From: Candidatus Altiarchaeales archaeon
Lineage (GTDB): Archaea > Altiarchaeota > Altiarchaeia > IMC4 > QMZM01
Assembly (NCBI GenBank): GCA_023252215.1
Contig: JAHEXG010000003.1
Span: 1 to 60,131 of the forward strand
Direction of reading: 5' to 3'
Length of the DNA: 60,131 nucleotides
The notes beneath the pieces were generated by a model. That model did not search any database, had not been told where the DNA came from, and saw only the letters and a list, made by a program, of their open reading frames with translations. Below, piece after piece: positions 48,900 through 58,301 of the stretch (within the stretch, counting starts at the first letter, position 1; every line of letters starts with the position of its first letter). The translations under genes were made by a program, and so were the position numbers.

Positions 48900-49052
48900 A
48901 TGGCGGCAAAGAGCATACGTTACTCAAAGATAGCGGATGATCCTTTAGGTTTGCGTTTATGCAGATTCGAGAGGATGACCGAAGAATTGGAAATGCGCAT
49001 ATCTTCCTTCGGAAAAAAGAAACGCACAAAATCTTCTTCGAGGACAAGATGA
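48900..49052 (+). CDS. Small hypothetical protein (50 aa)
   Basis: AAGGA SD-like upstream; MAAKSIRYSKIADDPLGLRL... Confidence 0.4.
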   Translation: MAAKSIRYSKIADDPLGLRLCRFERMTEELEMRISSFGKKKRTKSSSRTR

Positions 49053-49151
49053 TTTTTCCCGGAGGAAAAAAGCGATAGTTATATATACTACGACAACAAA
49101 TAATCTTATTGATAAAAAACTTTTTTCCTTACAAAAAAGTTTTTCCTAAAA

Positions 49152-49208
49152 ATGGCAGCAAAAAAATCTAAGAAGGCAACAAAAAAGAAGGCTACTAAGA
49201 AGAAATAA
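49152..49208 (+). CDS. Putative 18-aa Lys/Ala micro-protein
   Basis: MAAKKSKKATKKKATKKK*, TATA-like TTATATATA at ~49079, T-rich terminator after stop. Confidence 0.45.
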   Translation: MAAKKSKKATKKKATKKK

Positions 49209-49230
49209 ATTTTTCTTTTTAGTTTCTTCT

Positions 49231-50274
49231 TTATCTTTTCTTTTTTACCTTATCTGTTTTTTGTATCCCCTGTTCTGTTATGAATCCGCTTACGTATCTT
49301 CCGGGAGTTACGTCAAATCCCGGATTCCTTGCAACGCATCCCTGCGGAGCGATGCGCACTCCGTCGACGTAAAGGATCTCGTCTGCGCTTCTTTCCTCTA
49401 TCTCCACATCCTCTGAATTTAACCGGACGTCGAATGTGCTCTCGGGCGCGGCAACGTAAAAAGGTATGCCGTTCTCTTTTGCGACAACGGCTTTTTCATA
49501 CGTCCCGATCTTGTTGAATACGTCTCCGTCCTTCGTCACCCGGTCCGCGCCCACTATGACCAAGTCTATTTCGCCCAGGCTCATAAAATATCCTGCGGCG
49601 TTGTCAGCGATGAGAACATATGGTATGTCCTCCTGCGACAATTCCCACGCGGTCAGTTTCGCGCCCTGCAGACGGGGACGGGTCTCGTCAACGAAAACAT
49701 TTATCTTCTTTCCGCCGCGATGCGCGAGCCTCACAGGAGAAAGCGCGGTTCCGTAGTCGACGCATGCCAGCGCTCCTGCATTGCAATGAGTCAGGATTCT
49801 GGATCCCTCCTTGATGAGGGATTCGCCGAACACTCCTATCTTTCTGCATGATTCGGCGCTTCTATCGGCGTACAGGCAGCTTTCTGCGAGCGCGGTCTCT
49901 TTTGCTTCATTCACAGAAGACGCTTTCATTATTTTCCCCGTCATATCGTCGACCGCATAAAAAAGGTCGTATGCAGTAGGCCTGGCCCATTTGATCTGGG
50001 CCGAGGCGGAACTCATGTGTTTTTCAAATTCTTTCATGTCTGCGCCTTTGTACTCCGAAGCCGCCTGGGCCAGCGCGTATGCCGCTGCTGCGCCTATCGC
50101 GGGCGCTCCCCGCACTATCATGTTCCTGACGGCCGAAACAGTCTCCCTGTAATCTTTTGAGCGATAGATCTCGAATTTGTGCGGGAGCATGCGCTGGTCT
50201 ATCATGTTGACCGCGGTTTCTTCCATCCATATGGTGCGGTAATCCTTTGCTCCTTCCCCGGTTTTTACCAACAT
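49231..50274 (-). CDS. mtnA: Methylthioribose-1-phosphate isomerase
   Basis: VRGAPAIG, RPTA, THCNAGALA, ETRPRLQG, VGADR, NKIGTY. Confidence 0.92.
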   Translation of the reverse strand: MLVKTGEGAKDYRTIWMEETAVNMIDQRMLPHKFEIYRSKDYRETVSAVRNMIVRGAPAIGAAAAYALAQAASEYKGADMKEFEKHMSSASAQIKWARPTAYDLFYAVDDMTGKIMKASSVNEAKETALAESCLYADRSAESCRKIGVFGESLIKEGSRILTHCNAGALACVDYGTALSPVRLAHRGGKKINVFVDETRPRLQGAKLTAWELSQEDIPYVLIADNAAGYFMSLGEIDLVIVGADRVTKDGDVFNKIGTYEKAVVAKENGIPFYVAAPESTFDVRLNSEDVEIEERSADEILYVDGVRIAPQGCVARNPGFDVTPGRYVSGFITEQGIQKTDKVKKKR

Positions 50275-50391
50275 TTTTTTGTTCCTCCAGATATTTCTTT
50301 TTTTTTGGCCGAATTATTTACTCTATATATTATAAAGTTATGTAATGTAATGTTATTTGTTAATTGAGAACGAATTACTACTCTACTAAAA

Positions 50392-51639
50392 ATGGCTTAC
50401 AGCGTTAAAGATATAAGGCTTGCGGATGAAGGCAGCTTAAAGATCGATTGGGCTGAGGCGCATATGCCCGTTCTGATGGAGATACGCGGGCAATTCTCCA
50501 GAGAAAAACCATTGAAGGGCGTGAGGGTGGGTTTTGCCCTGCACGTCACTAAGGAAACCGCGGTCCTTGTCAGGACGCTTCGCGCGGGAGGCGCAGAGGT
50601 GGCGATCGCGGGATGCAATCCTCTGAGCACCCAGGACGACGTTGCTGCGGCCCTGGCAAAGGAGGGCGTGGACGTGTATGCGTGGCGCGCAGAGAGCCGT
50701 GAGGAATATTACGAGAACATTAATAAGGTCCTTGACCACAAGCCCCAGATAACGGTGGACGACGGCGCAGACCTGATATTCACGATACACAAGGAAAAGA
50801 CCGAGCTATTGAAAGACATAAAGGGAGGCTGCGAGGAGACGACCACCGGCATAGTAAGGCTCAATGCCATGGAAAAAGACAAGGCATTGAAATATCCTGT
50901 GATGGCAGTAAACGACGCCGACACCAAGCATCTGTTCGACAACCGGTATGGTACCGGGCAGTCCACACTCGACGGGATACTTAGGGCGACAAGCATCCTT
51001 TATGCAGGCAAGAACTTTGTAGTCGCAGGATACGGGAACTGCGGCAGGGGAATAGCTTCCGACGCGCGGGGAATGGGCGCGAACGTCATAGTCACGGAAG
51101 TGAACCCTGTGAGGGCGCTTGAGGCGGTGATGGACGGATTCCGCGTAATGCCCATGGACAAAGCAGCGGAGCTCGGAGACATATTCGTTACCGCGACAGG
51201 CGACGTAGACGTGATCACTGGAAAGCATCTTGAGAAGATGAAGAACGGCAGCGTTCTGGCAAACTCCGGCCACTTCAACGTAGAGATAAACACGCAAGAC
51301 CTGGAGAAACTGTCAAAGGGCAAGAAGAAGATACGCGAGAACGTGGAAAAATACGCCCTGAAGAACGGAAAACACTTATATCTATTGGCCGAAGGCCGCC
51401 TCGTGAACCTCTCTGCTGCGGAAGGGCATCCCAGCGAAGTCATGGACATGAGCTTTGCGAACCAGGCTCTGGCAGTAAAATACCTCAACCAGAACAAACT
51501 GAAAGCAGGCATCTACAAGATACCCAAAGAAATAGACGAAATGATCGCCCGCCTAAAGCTGAAAACGATGGACATAGGGATAGACGAATTATCCGCAAGA
51601 CAGAAACAATACATATCAAGCTGGGAAGAAGGAACTTAA
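50392..51639 (+). CDS. ahcY: Adenosylhomocysteinase
   Basis: [35 protein letters not shown]. Confidence 0.97.
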   Translation: MAYSVKDIRLADEGSLKIDWAEAHMPVLMEIRGQFSREKPLKGVRVGFALHVTKETAVLVRTLRAGGAEVAIAGCNPLSTQDDVAAALAKEGVDVYAWRAESREEYYENINKVLDHKPQITVDDGADLIFTIHKEKTELLKDIKGGCEETTTGIVRLNAMEKDKALKYPVMAVNDADTKHLFDNRYGTGQSTLDGILRATSILYAGKNFVVAGYGNCGRGIASDARGMGANVIVTEVNPVRALEAVMDGFRVMPMDKAAELGDIFVTATGDVDVITGKHLEKMKNGSVLANSGHFNVEINTQDLEKLSKGKKKIRENVEKYALKNGKHLYLLAEGRLVNLSAAEGHPSEVMDMSFANQALAVKYLNQNKLKAGIYKIPKEIDEMIARLKLKTMDIGIDELSARQKQYISSWEEGT

Positions 51640-51677
51640 TTAACCGGAACTTCTAATATTACTCTGATGGTGAAAAG

Positions 51678-52238
51678 ATGGAAAACAAAAAAATACTGAT
51701 AGGAGATTATCTAGGAACTATCGAAGAATTCGTTCCCGGAAAAGGCACCTACGCTGAAGACGGAAAAATATATGCGTCGAACATGGGCAAATACCTGGTT
51801 GACCCCGAGAACCACGTAGTCTCAGTCGACGGCAAAAACCCGCCGGTACTGGAACGAGGCCAGGTAGTGTTCGGGGAAGTATTGGACCTGCGGAAGAATG
51901 CGGCCGTGGTCATAGCAAGAAAACTGCAAGGACACCCGGGCGAAGTAGACATAAAGACCGGGTTATTCGTTTCCAACATGGCCGACAGCTACGTAGAAAG
52001 ACCCGAGGACGCATTCGCCATAGGCGACATAGTCAAAGGCGTAGTCATAAAAATAGAATCTGGCCTGATAGACATATCTACCAAAGGCCCGATGGGCGTG
52101 GTCAAGGCATTCTGCAGAAGATGCCGCTGCCCGCTTGAAAAATCCGACAAAGGCCCGGACATGCTCGAATGTCCCTGCTGCGGCAACAAAGAAAAACGCA
52201 AGATAGCAGAGGACTACGGGAACGTATCCGAATTATAA
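51678..52238 (+). CDS. csl4: Exosome RNA-binding protein Csl4
   Basis: EEFVPGKGTY, S1 domain, CRRC...CPCCGNKEKRKIA. Confidence 0.9.
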   Translation: MENKKILIGDYLGTIEEFVPGKGTYAEDGKIYASNMGKYLVDPENHVVSVDGKNPPVLERGQVVFGEVLDLRKNAAVVIARKLQGHPGEVDIKTGLFVSNMADSYVERPEDAFAIGDIVKGVVIKIESGLIDISTKGPMGVVKAFCRRCRCPLEKSDKGPDMLECPCCGNKEKRKIAEDYGNVSEL

Positions 52239-52264
52239 AGGTCCCGCGGGGATCTGCGGAAAAA

Positions 52265-53236
52265 ATGGGCGTAAACCTCAAAGACATAATAAACTCAGAC
52301 CCAATAAGCTTTTCGGACCTGAAAGGAAAAGTCATAGCAGTAGACGCCCTGAATTCTCTATACCAATTCCTGGCAAGCATCCGCCAACAGGACGGAACGC
52401 CGCTCATGGACTCCCATAAACGGGTTACTTCTCATTTATCCGGCGTTCTATACCGCACGATCCGCCTGCTGGAACTGGGCATAAAACCAGTATACGTCTT
52501 CGACGGAAAACCCCCCCAACTAAAAGGAAAAGAGATAGAGCATAGAAGCGTTGCAAAAGAGGAAGCCCACTATGAATGGATCCGCGCAAAAGAAGAAGGA
52601 AGAATAGAGGATGCAAAAAAATACGCCATGCGCACATCCCGCCTTACTTCCGAAATGCTGCGCGAATCAAAAGACCTGCTAAAATACATGGGCATGCCCT
52701 GCATACAGGCCCCGAGCGAAGGAGAAGCACAATGCGTCCGCATCTGCACCAACGGCGACGCATGGGCTGTGGGGAGCCAGGACTACGACTCCCTCCTATT
52801 AGGCTCGCCCCGGCTTGTCCGTGGCATGACCATGAGCGGAACGATCGAACTATCCATGATCACACTGGAAAAAGCCCTCAAAGAACTGGGCATAACGCGG
52901 GAACAACTCGTAGACCTCGCCATACTCGTAGGCACGGATTTTAACGACGGGGTAAAAGGGATCGGCCCAAAGAAAGCGCTCAAAGCAGTAAAAGAGGGAA
53001 AAATGGATGGACTACGCAGCCAGGTAGAAGGCTTCGACGAAATAAAAGAGCTATTCATGGACCCGGAGGTCTCGGACGAATACGGCATAGAATGGGGGAA
53101 ACCGGATAGAACTGCTGCGATAGACCTGCTTTGTAAAGAACACGAGTTCTCCGAAGACCGGGTGAATAACGCATTCAACAACCTGGAAAAATACATGAAA
53201 GAGTTTTCGCAGAAGGATCTGAGCGCGTGGTTCTAA
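52265..53236 (+). CDS. fen: Flap endonuclease 1
   Basis: YQFLASIRQ.DGTPL, APSEGEAQ, SQDYD, GTDFN, C-terminal PIP box QKDLSAWF. Confidence 0.96.
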   Translation: MGVNLKDIINSDPISFSDLKGKVIAVDALNSLYQFLASIRQQDGTPLMDSHKRVTSHLSGVLYRTIRLLELGIKPVYVFDGKPPQLKGKEIEHRSVAKEEAHYEWIRAKEEGRIEDAKKYAMRTSRLTSEMLRESKDLLKYMGMPCIQAPSEGEAQCVRICTNGDAWAVGSQDYDSLLLGSPRLVRGMTMSGTIELSMITLEKALKELGITREQLVDLAILVGTDFNDGVKGIGPKKALKAVKEGKMDGLRSQVEGFDEIKELFMDPEVSDEYGIEWGKPDRTAAIDLLCKEHEFSEDRVNNAFNNLEKYMKEFSQKDLSAWF

Positions 53237-53253
53237 AACCCCGTTGTAAACTG

Positions 53254-53484
53254 CTATTTCATCAGTTCAAGAAACTCGTCTCTGCTAAGTCCCGCTTGCC
53301 TTATAATCTCTATCAAGGTTCCCTTGTCTATTTCTTTGTGGTCCGGGACGACAAGACCTTTTCTGCCTTCAAGGCTTGTCTTGGATAAAATAATATGGCT
53401 GCCTTTTTGTCTAATAGGAACGAAGCCTATCTTCCCCAGCAGCTTGATGACCTCACGCCCCGAGAGGACTGGGAGCCTTGACAT
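53254..53484 (-). CDS. hicA: HicA family toxin
   Basis: RQKGSH, VVPDHKEIDKGTL..IIRQAG. Confidence 0.92.
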   Translation of the reverse strand: MSRLPVLSGREVIKLLGKIGFVPIRQKGSHIILSKTSLEGRKGLVVPDHKEIDKGTLIEIIRQAGLSRDEFLELMK

Positions 53485-53686
53485 TTTTGACTTTAAAATG
53501 CGTTACCAGTAGTTCTTCGCCTTTGATCTCCTCGGGTGCTCCGAATTCCTCCAGATACAGCTCAGCGGCTTCCTTCAGATTTTTTATAGCCTCTTCGACA
53601 GTGTATCCCTGACTGACAACGTCTATCTCAGGACATAATGCAACATACTGCTTATCCCCTTTTTTTATGACCGCCGTTAAATCCAT
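53453..53686 (-). CDS. hicB: HicB family antitoxin
   Basis: YVALCPE..VVSQGYTVEEAIKNLKEAAELYL. Confidence 0.92.
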   Translation of the reverse strand: MDLTAVIKKGDKQYVALCPEIDVVSQGYTVEEAIKNLKEAAELYLEEFGAPEEIKGEELLVTHFKVKNVKAPSPLGA

Positions 53687-53741
53687 TTTGATTGATTATT
53701 ATAGATATTTCTTGCTATTAATGGCCTTACCCCCTAAATTT

Positions 53742-54614
53742 TTATATCAGTTTCGCCACCGCCGACCCGATCGGCACTCCAATATCCTTTGCGACCGGTC
53801 CGCATTTTGCCTTCATCAGTAGCGCTACTTTTCCTTTGGTTTTTTCCGGGTATTCGCTAAGTGTTTCGTAGCAGCCCATGCCTTTGGCGATTATGAGGTC
53901 TGCTTCGTCCCATTTTTTGAGGAATTCCGGGGTGCAGCGCTCGAACCATATGCCTATGGAGTCGCTTCTGGGTATTATTTGCGCGATCTTGTCTATTCCT
54001 GTTTTTCTGATCTCTGCGATCGATGCGTCGTCTTGTACCGGCACGGTAAGCGGTGCTACGACCACGTTTGCGTATTTTTGGAGTTCTTTTATGAATAGTC
54101 TGTCGAATACGAGTTCTCCTGAGTTGTCTGTTGCGTATAGGATATTCTTTGCTTTTTTGGTTTTTTCGTAGATTTTGTCTGTGTCGTCTATGGCGAGCGG
54201 GGCTTTGACGACTTCCATCACTTCTTCTTTGAGCTTTTTTAGGTTTGGGTGGTGGTTTTCTGAGCCGAATTCGATGGTGTTTCCTGCGAGCGCCATTTTT
54301 AGCGCGGTTTTGAATCGCTCCTTTTCTCCGGGGATCTTTTTTACGTAGTCTTCCAGGAAGGGGTATATTTTTTCCGCTTCTTTTATGCTTTCGTCTTTGA
54401 GGTCTTTTAGCGGGTCTTTGTTTTTTATCATTTTTTCTGCGGCTTGGTTTCTCATGTGGGCCATCTGGGTTGTTGTGAGGCCTTCCGAGAAGTTTTCTGC
54501 GAATATCCGGCATATTTCCTTTATTACTTTGTATTTGGTTTTTTCGTCGGAGTCTTTGCAGAATAGCATTGTCCGTTTTATCATGCATGGTCCGCATTCG
54601 GGGTAGAGCTTCAT
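53742..54614 (-). CDS. DUF89/ARMT1-like metal-dependent phosphatase
   Basis: ECGPC, AGNTIE, DNSGELVFD, AKGMGCYETL, LMKAKC. Confidence 0.88.
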   Translation of the reverse strand: MKLYPECGPCMIKRTMLFCKDSDEKTKYKVIKEICRIFAENFSEGLTTTQMAHMRNQAAEKMIKNKDPLKDLKDESIKEAEKIYPFLEDYVKKIPGEKERFKTALKMALAGNTIEFGSENHHPNLKKLKEEVMEVVKAPLAIDDTDKIYEKTKKAKNILYATDNSGELVFDRLFIKELQKYANVVVAPLTVPVQDDASIAEIRKTGIDKIAQIIPRSDSIGIWFERCTPEFLKKWDEADLIIAKGMGCYETLSEYPEKTKGKVALLMKAKCGPVAKDIGVPIGSAVAKLI

Positions 54615-54705
54615 TTTCCTGATATTTATAGACTTTTTACGATATCTTTATTCTGTATTATAATTTGTAAATTATTGTATATACCTGTTACATTACGGAT
54701 AAAAG

Positions 54706-55005
54706 ATGAAAGTTTCAATTATTGAGAAAAAAGACAGTCTTCTGGATATCGAATTCGACGATAAGGTCCTCCCAAACGCCCTGTTAAGCGTTCTGATGGC
54801 AAACAAAGTGGACGCATACGCATACGAGCCGCATCCGCTGCTTCCGGGCTACAGGCTGCACATAGAGGCCAAAGACCCCCTGAAAGAGCTGAATACGGCC
54901 ATTAAGACCGTGGAAGCCGACTGGAAGGCCTTTGAGAAGGAGTTTAAGGCCAAGTATAAGCCTGCAAAGAAGGAAGCAAAGAAGACGCCCGCAAAGAAGA
55001 AATAA
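54706..55005 (+). CDS. rpoL: Divergent RNA polymerase subunit Rpo11 (RpoL)-like protein with Lys/Ala tail
   Basis: MKVSIIEK..LDIEF...LPNALLSVL...AYEPHPL...DPLKELNTAI. Confidence 0.65.
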   Translation: MKVSIIEKKDSLLDIEFDDKVLPNALLSVLMANKVDAYAYEPHPLLPGYRLHIEAKDPLKELNTAIKTVEADWKAFEKEFKAKYKPAKKEAKKTPAKKK

Positions 55006-55155
55006 ATCTCTTTCTTCCACTCTTTTCTGTTATCGACTGCTTTTTTCCTGTTTTTTTTCAGCTGTCTGCGGCGCATAGCAGAAAGTATTTATATCACTTT
55101 ATAGTTATATCTTAGTGTATACTTTAGAACCGATGTTCTAGGCTACTAAACGGAA

Positions 55156-55482
55156 ATGGAAAAAGTGACGCATGAGATAATGGATCTGTTCCTGCACGGG
55201 AAGCCGTCCGGGATCATTCTGAGCCTGCGGGACTCGGATGGGAAATATGCTTCCATACTCTCAAAGGAGGTCGACTGTACGTATACTCATACCCTGAAGA
55301 TATTGACTCAGTTGAAGGAGTACAATTTGGTTGAGTTTGAGAAGAACGGGAGGATAAAGCGGGTATGCCTGACGGCTGAAGGAGAGGACGTAGCCCATGA
55401 GCTTGGCGGCTTGGTGAGGAAATTGGAGCGGATAAACAAGGAGTTTCGGGGTGTTCCGGTCGATATTGAGGAAAAAACATAA
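55156..55482 (+). CDS. Winged-helix DNA-binding protein
   Basis: YASILSKEVDCTYTHTLKIL..LVEFEKNGRIK.V.LT.EG. Confidence 0.85.
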   Translation: MEKVTHEIMDLFLHGKPSGIILSLRDSDGKYASILSKEVDCTYTHTLKILTQLKEYNLVEFEKNGRIKRVCLTAEGEDVAHELGGLVRKLERINKEFRGVPVDIEEKT

Positions 55483-55497
55483 TATATGTGCTCAAAA

Positions 55498-56013
55498 ATG
55501 GATATCAGCGACATATTCAAATTGACGGGTAACAACGATATATTGTTGTTCTTTATACTGATAGTTATCCTTGTGCTTGTGGTATTGTCCATAAGCCAGA
55601 GAAACCGCTACGTGCGCCTCTCGACCGGCTTGGACAAGGATATGGATAAGGTGAAAGAGCAGGAAGCGGCTATTAAGAAGCTGGAGAACGACCTGCGCGA
55701 GTATGTGATGGGCGGCAAAAGCCTGCGCGAATGGAAGGTTGTAAAGCAGCAGGTGGAGGAATTGTCCGAGCTTCCCAGCTTTGTCGAGACCAAGAATGAA
55801 TACATATTGAAGATACACCTGTCCATGGCCAAGAAGGACGATATCCGGGTCTCAGGCTCAAATAATGCGATAAAGATTTCCATAGACTCAAAAGAAGGCC
55901 CGCCCCTGCAGTCGACTTATACGACCCCCAAGAATATCGACCCCAACGGGATGCGTGTAACCTACCGCGGCAATTCGCTTGAGGTGACGGCGCCCAAGGT
56001 TGCGGAAACTTGA
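55498..56013 (+). CDS. Membrane-anchored coiled-coil protein with Hsp20-like domain
   Basis: TM, coiled coil, then ETKNEY...KDDIRV...IDP..VTYRGNSLEVTAPK. Confidence 0.7.
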   Translation: MDISDIFKLTGNNDILLFFILIVILVLVVLSISQRNRYVRLSTGLDKDMDKVKEQEAAIKKLENDLREYVMGGKSLREWKVVKQQVEELSELPSFVETKNEYILKIHLSMAKKDDIRVSGSNNAIKISIDSKEGPPLQSTYTTPKNIDPNGMRVTYRGNSLEVTAPKVAET

Positions 56014-56042
56014 ATCTGGTAAAAAAAAACAGCGTGTGAAAT

Positions 56043-56558
56043 ATGGCTAGCCTTACAGACCTCGGAGTCGGAGACCTAAGAGAGATACTATGGTCTTTGA
56101 TAATGCTTGGGACACTATTCTATATGATAGTGTTTATCAGCGTCATGCACCTGCACTCACAAATGGAGAGAAAAGCCAAGATTGTCCCTGCGAGGCTGAA
56201 AGCAATGTCCCTTAGTCTCAAGACCATCAGCGTAGGACTGCTCAAAGACAACTCCGACATCAGCGGCAGGGAAAAAGACCAAGTCGTGGAAGAAGTAAAA
56301 AAGATCTCCAACCTGTGGAAGACGCGCCGGGAACAGCTACAGATGGGCTACTGGGAAAAGATGGAAGCCCGCGCAGGCGAACTAACACAATTACAGGAAC
56401 AGAAGGAACACCTGGAAGAACTCATAAAGAGGACCAAGGTCAAATACCATAAGAGAGAACTGGACGAAGAAAGCTTCAGAGAAATAGTAAAAGACTACCA
56501 GAAACAGCTTATGGAAATAAACGTGAAAATCTGGGAACTAGAAAAAAGCCTAGGCTGA
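56043..56558 (+). CDS. Membrane-anchored coiled-coil protein
   Basis: N-terminal TM; KYHKRELDEESFREIVKDY. Confidence 0.7.
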   Translation: MASLTDLGVGDLREILWSLIMLGTLFYMIVFISVMHLHSQMERKAKIVPARLKAMSLSLKTISVGLLKDNSDISGREKDQVVEEVKKISNLWKTRREQLQMGYWEKMEARAGELTQLQEQKEHLEELIKRTKVKYHKRELDEESFREIVKDYQKQLMEINVKIWELEKSLG

Positions 56559-57083
56559 TCACTTATCCTCGGGGATCATGAGGCTTTTCTCCGCCGCTTT
56601 CTTTCTTTTGTGTCTTGCGGTCATTACCTGGGACTTCCAGGCGAGACCGATCTTTGTAAGATAATTCGCGAACGTAAGCGAATCCGAGAGGATAAGCGAG
56701 CGGCCCCGTCCAAGGCTTCCATCCTCTATCTCCCGCTCCCTTTTTACGAGGCCGAATCTTACCAGTTTAGGTATTATCTTGTTCTCCAGAGTCGAACGGG
56801 AATAATTCTTTTCCCCGAGGAACTTCCCTATCTCCTCCTTTGTCACAGTCTCATTCTCCAGTACAAGCATCAGAAAATCCACAGCCACCCGATAATACCT
56901 GGGCTGATAAGACCTGGGAAAAATATGATCCACCACGTCCTCTGCGCTCCAGATTATATCCTCCTCCAAGCCACCCTTCCCCTTCACCTCTTTACCATAG
57001 TGCCTCGGAAGCCATAGGCTTTCGTCCGAGGGAATGCCCCTTGACGAAGGCGGTGCCGGGTTTGGGTTGCCTTTGCTGCTCAT
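56559..57083 (-). CDS. Hypothetical protein (possible wHTH)
   Basis: 174-aa ORF overlapping argD stop; SRSTLENKIIPKLVRFGLVKR. Confidence 0.75.
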   Translation of the reverse strand: MSSKGNPNPAPPSSRGIPSDESLWLPRHYGKEVKGKGGLEEDIIWSAEDVVDHIFPRSYQPRYYRVAVDFLMLVLENETVTKEEIGKFLGEKNYSRSTLENKIIPKLVRFGLVKREREIEDGSLGRGRSLILSDSLTFANYLTKIGLAWKSQVMTARHKRKKAAEKSLMIPEDK

Positions 57084-58219
57084 TTTCTTATCTTCAACGA
57101 ATCGAATGACGCCAGGAATTCATCCGCATGCTTTTTCTCGATTATCAGCGGCGGAAGAACCCTTACAGTGTTCTTGGAATATATGACCAACACTCCCTTC
57201 TTTATCAGGGAAAGAGCGGTCTCCTCTCCGTTCTCAACGTCGATCCCTATCATAAGGCCTCTGCCTCTCACGTTGTAGCCTCTGTCTCTGAGGTTTTTCA
57301 TGAGGTATGCGCCCATCTTTTCCGCATTGTCTGCAAGCTTTTCCTTTATGATGGTCTCTACGACCGTGTTTGCCACGCTGCATGCCAGCGGGTTCCCGAC
57401 GAAGGTTCCTCCGTGCTGTCCCGGTTCGAAGTCCTCGCATGAGAAAGCTATGGCGCCTATCGGGAATCCTCCTCCCAGTCCCTTGGCCAGGCACAACATA
57501 TCCGGCTTGATATCCTCATGCTGGAACGCGAACATCTTCCCGGTTCTTGCAAAGCCGGTCTGCACCTCGTCGAGTATGAGCAGGACGCCTTTTTCTTCCG
57601 TTATCTCTCTTACCTCCTTCAGGTATCCTACGGGCGGGATAATGACTCCAGCCTCTCCCTGGATCGGCTCTACTATGACTGCTGCCGTGTCGCTCGTTAT
57701 CGCATCGCGCAGCGCATCCGCGTCTGCGTAGGGAATGGACTTTGTGCCCGGGATCAGTGGTTCGAATGGTTTTTTGTATTTTTCTCCGTAGGTGAGTGAG
57801 AGCGAGCCCATGGTTCGTCCGTGGAATGCGTTCTCCATTGCGATGACTTCTTTTTTTCCTGTTGCTTTTCTGGCTAGTTTGAATGCCGCTTCCACTGCCT
57901 CTGTTCCGTCGTTTGTGATGAATGCTTTGTTCATTCCCGAAATTTCGGTCAACGTCTGTGCGAGCTGTATCTGCGGCATCGTGTATAACCAGTTGGACGT
58001 ATGCATCAGGGTCGCAGCCTGCTTCTTTATGGTCTCAACCATTTTTGGATGAGCATGGCCCAGGCAGTCTACGGCGATTCCTGCGAACATGTCCAGGTAT
58101 TTTTCGCCTGATATGCCGTAGAGATACATTCCCTCTCCCCTGGCTATCGCTACCGGGAGCCTCTTGAATGTGCGGGCATAGTACTTTGTTTCCCTGTTTT
58201 TTATGGTTTCCAGGTCCAT
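57080..58219 (-). CDS. argD: Acetylornithine aminotransferase (class III PLP)
   Basis: GTEAVEAA, FHGRT, EPIQGEAG, DEVQTG, AKGLGGG. Confidence 0.9.
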   Translation of the reverse strand: MDLETIKNRETKYYARTFKRLPVAIARGEGMYLYGISGEKYLDMFAGIAVDCLGHAHPKMVETIKKQAATLMHTSNWLYTMPQIQLAQTLTEISGMNKAFITNDGTEAVEAAFKLARKATGKKEVIAMENAFHGRTMGSLSLTYGEKYKKPFEPLIPGTKSIPYADADALRDAITSDTAAVIVEPIQGEAGVIIPPVGYLKEVREITEEKGVLLILDEVQTGFARTGKMFAFQHEDIKPDMLCLAKGLGGGFPIGAIAFSCEDFEPGQHGGTFVGNPLACSVANTVVETIIKEKLADNAEKMGAYLMKNLRDRGYNVRGRGLMIGIDVENGEETALSLIKKGVLVIYSKNTVRVLPPLIIEKKHADEFLASFDSLKIRK

Positions 58220-58301
58220 TGCGGTATCTCTCTCACATAATTCTGATTTTTTTAGGTAGTCTACAAATAATTTAGATAATACGAATTTAAGACACGTAAA
58301 A

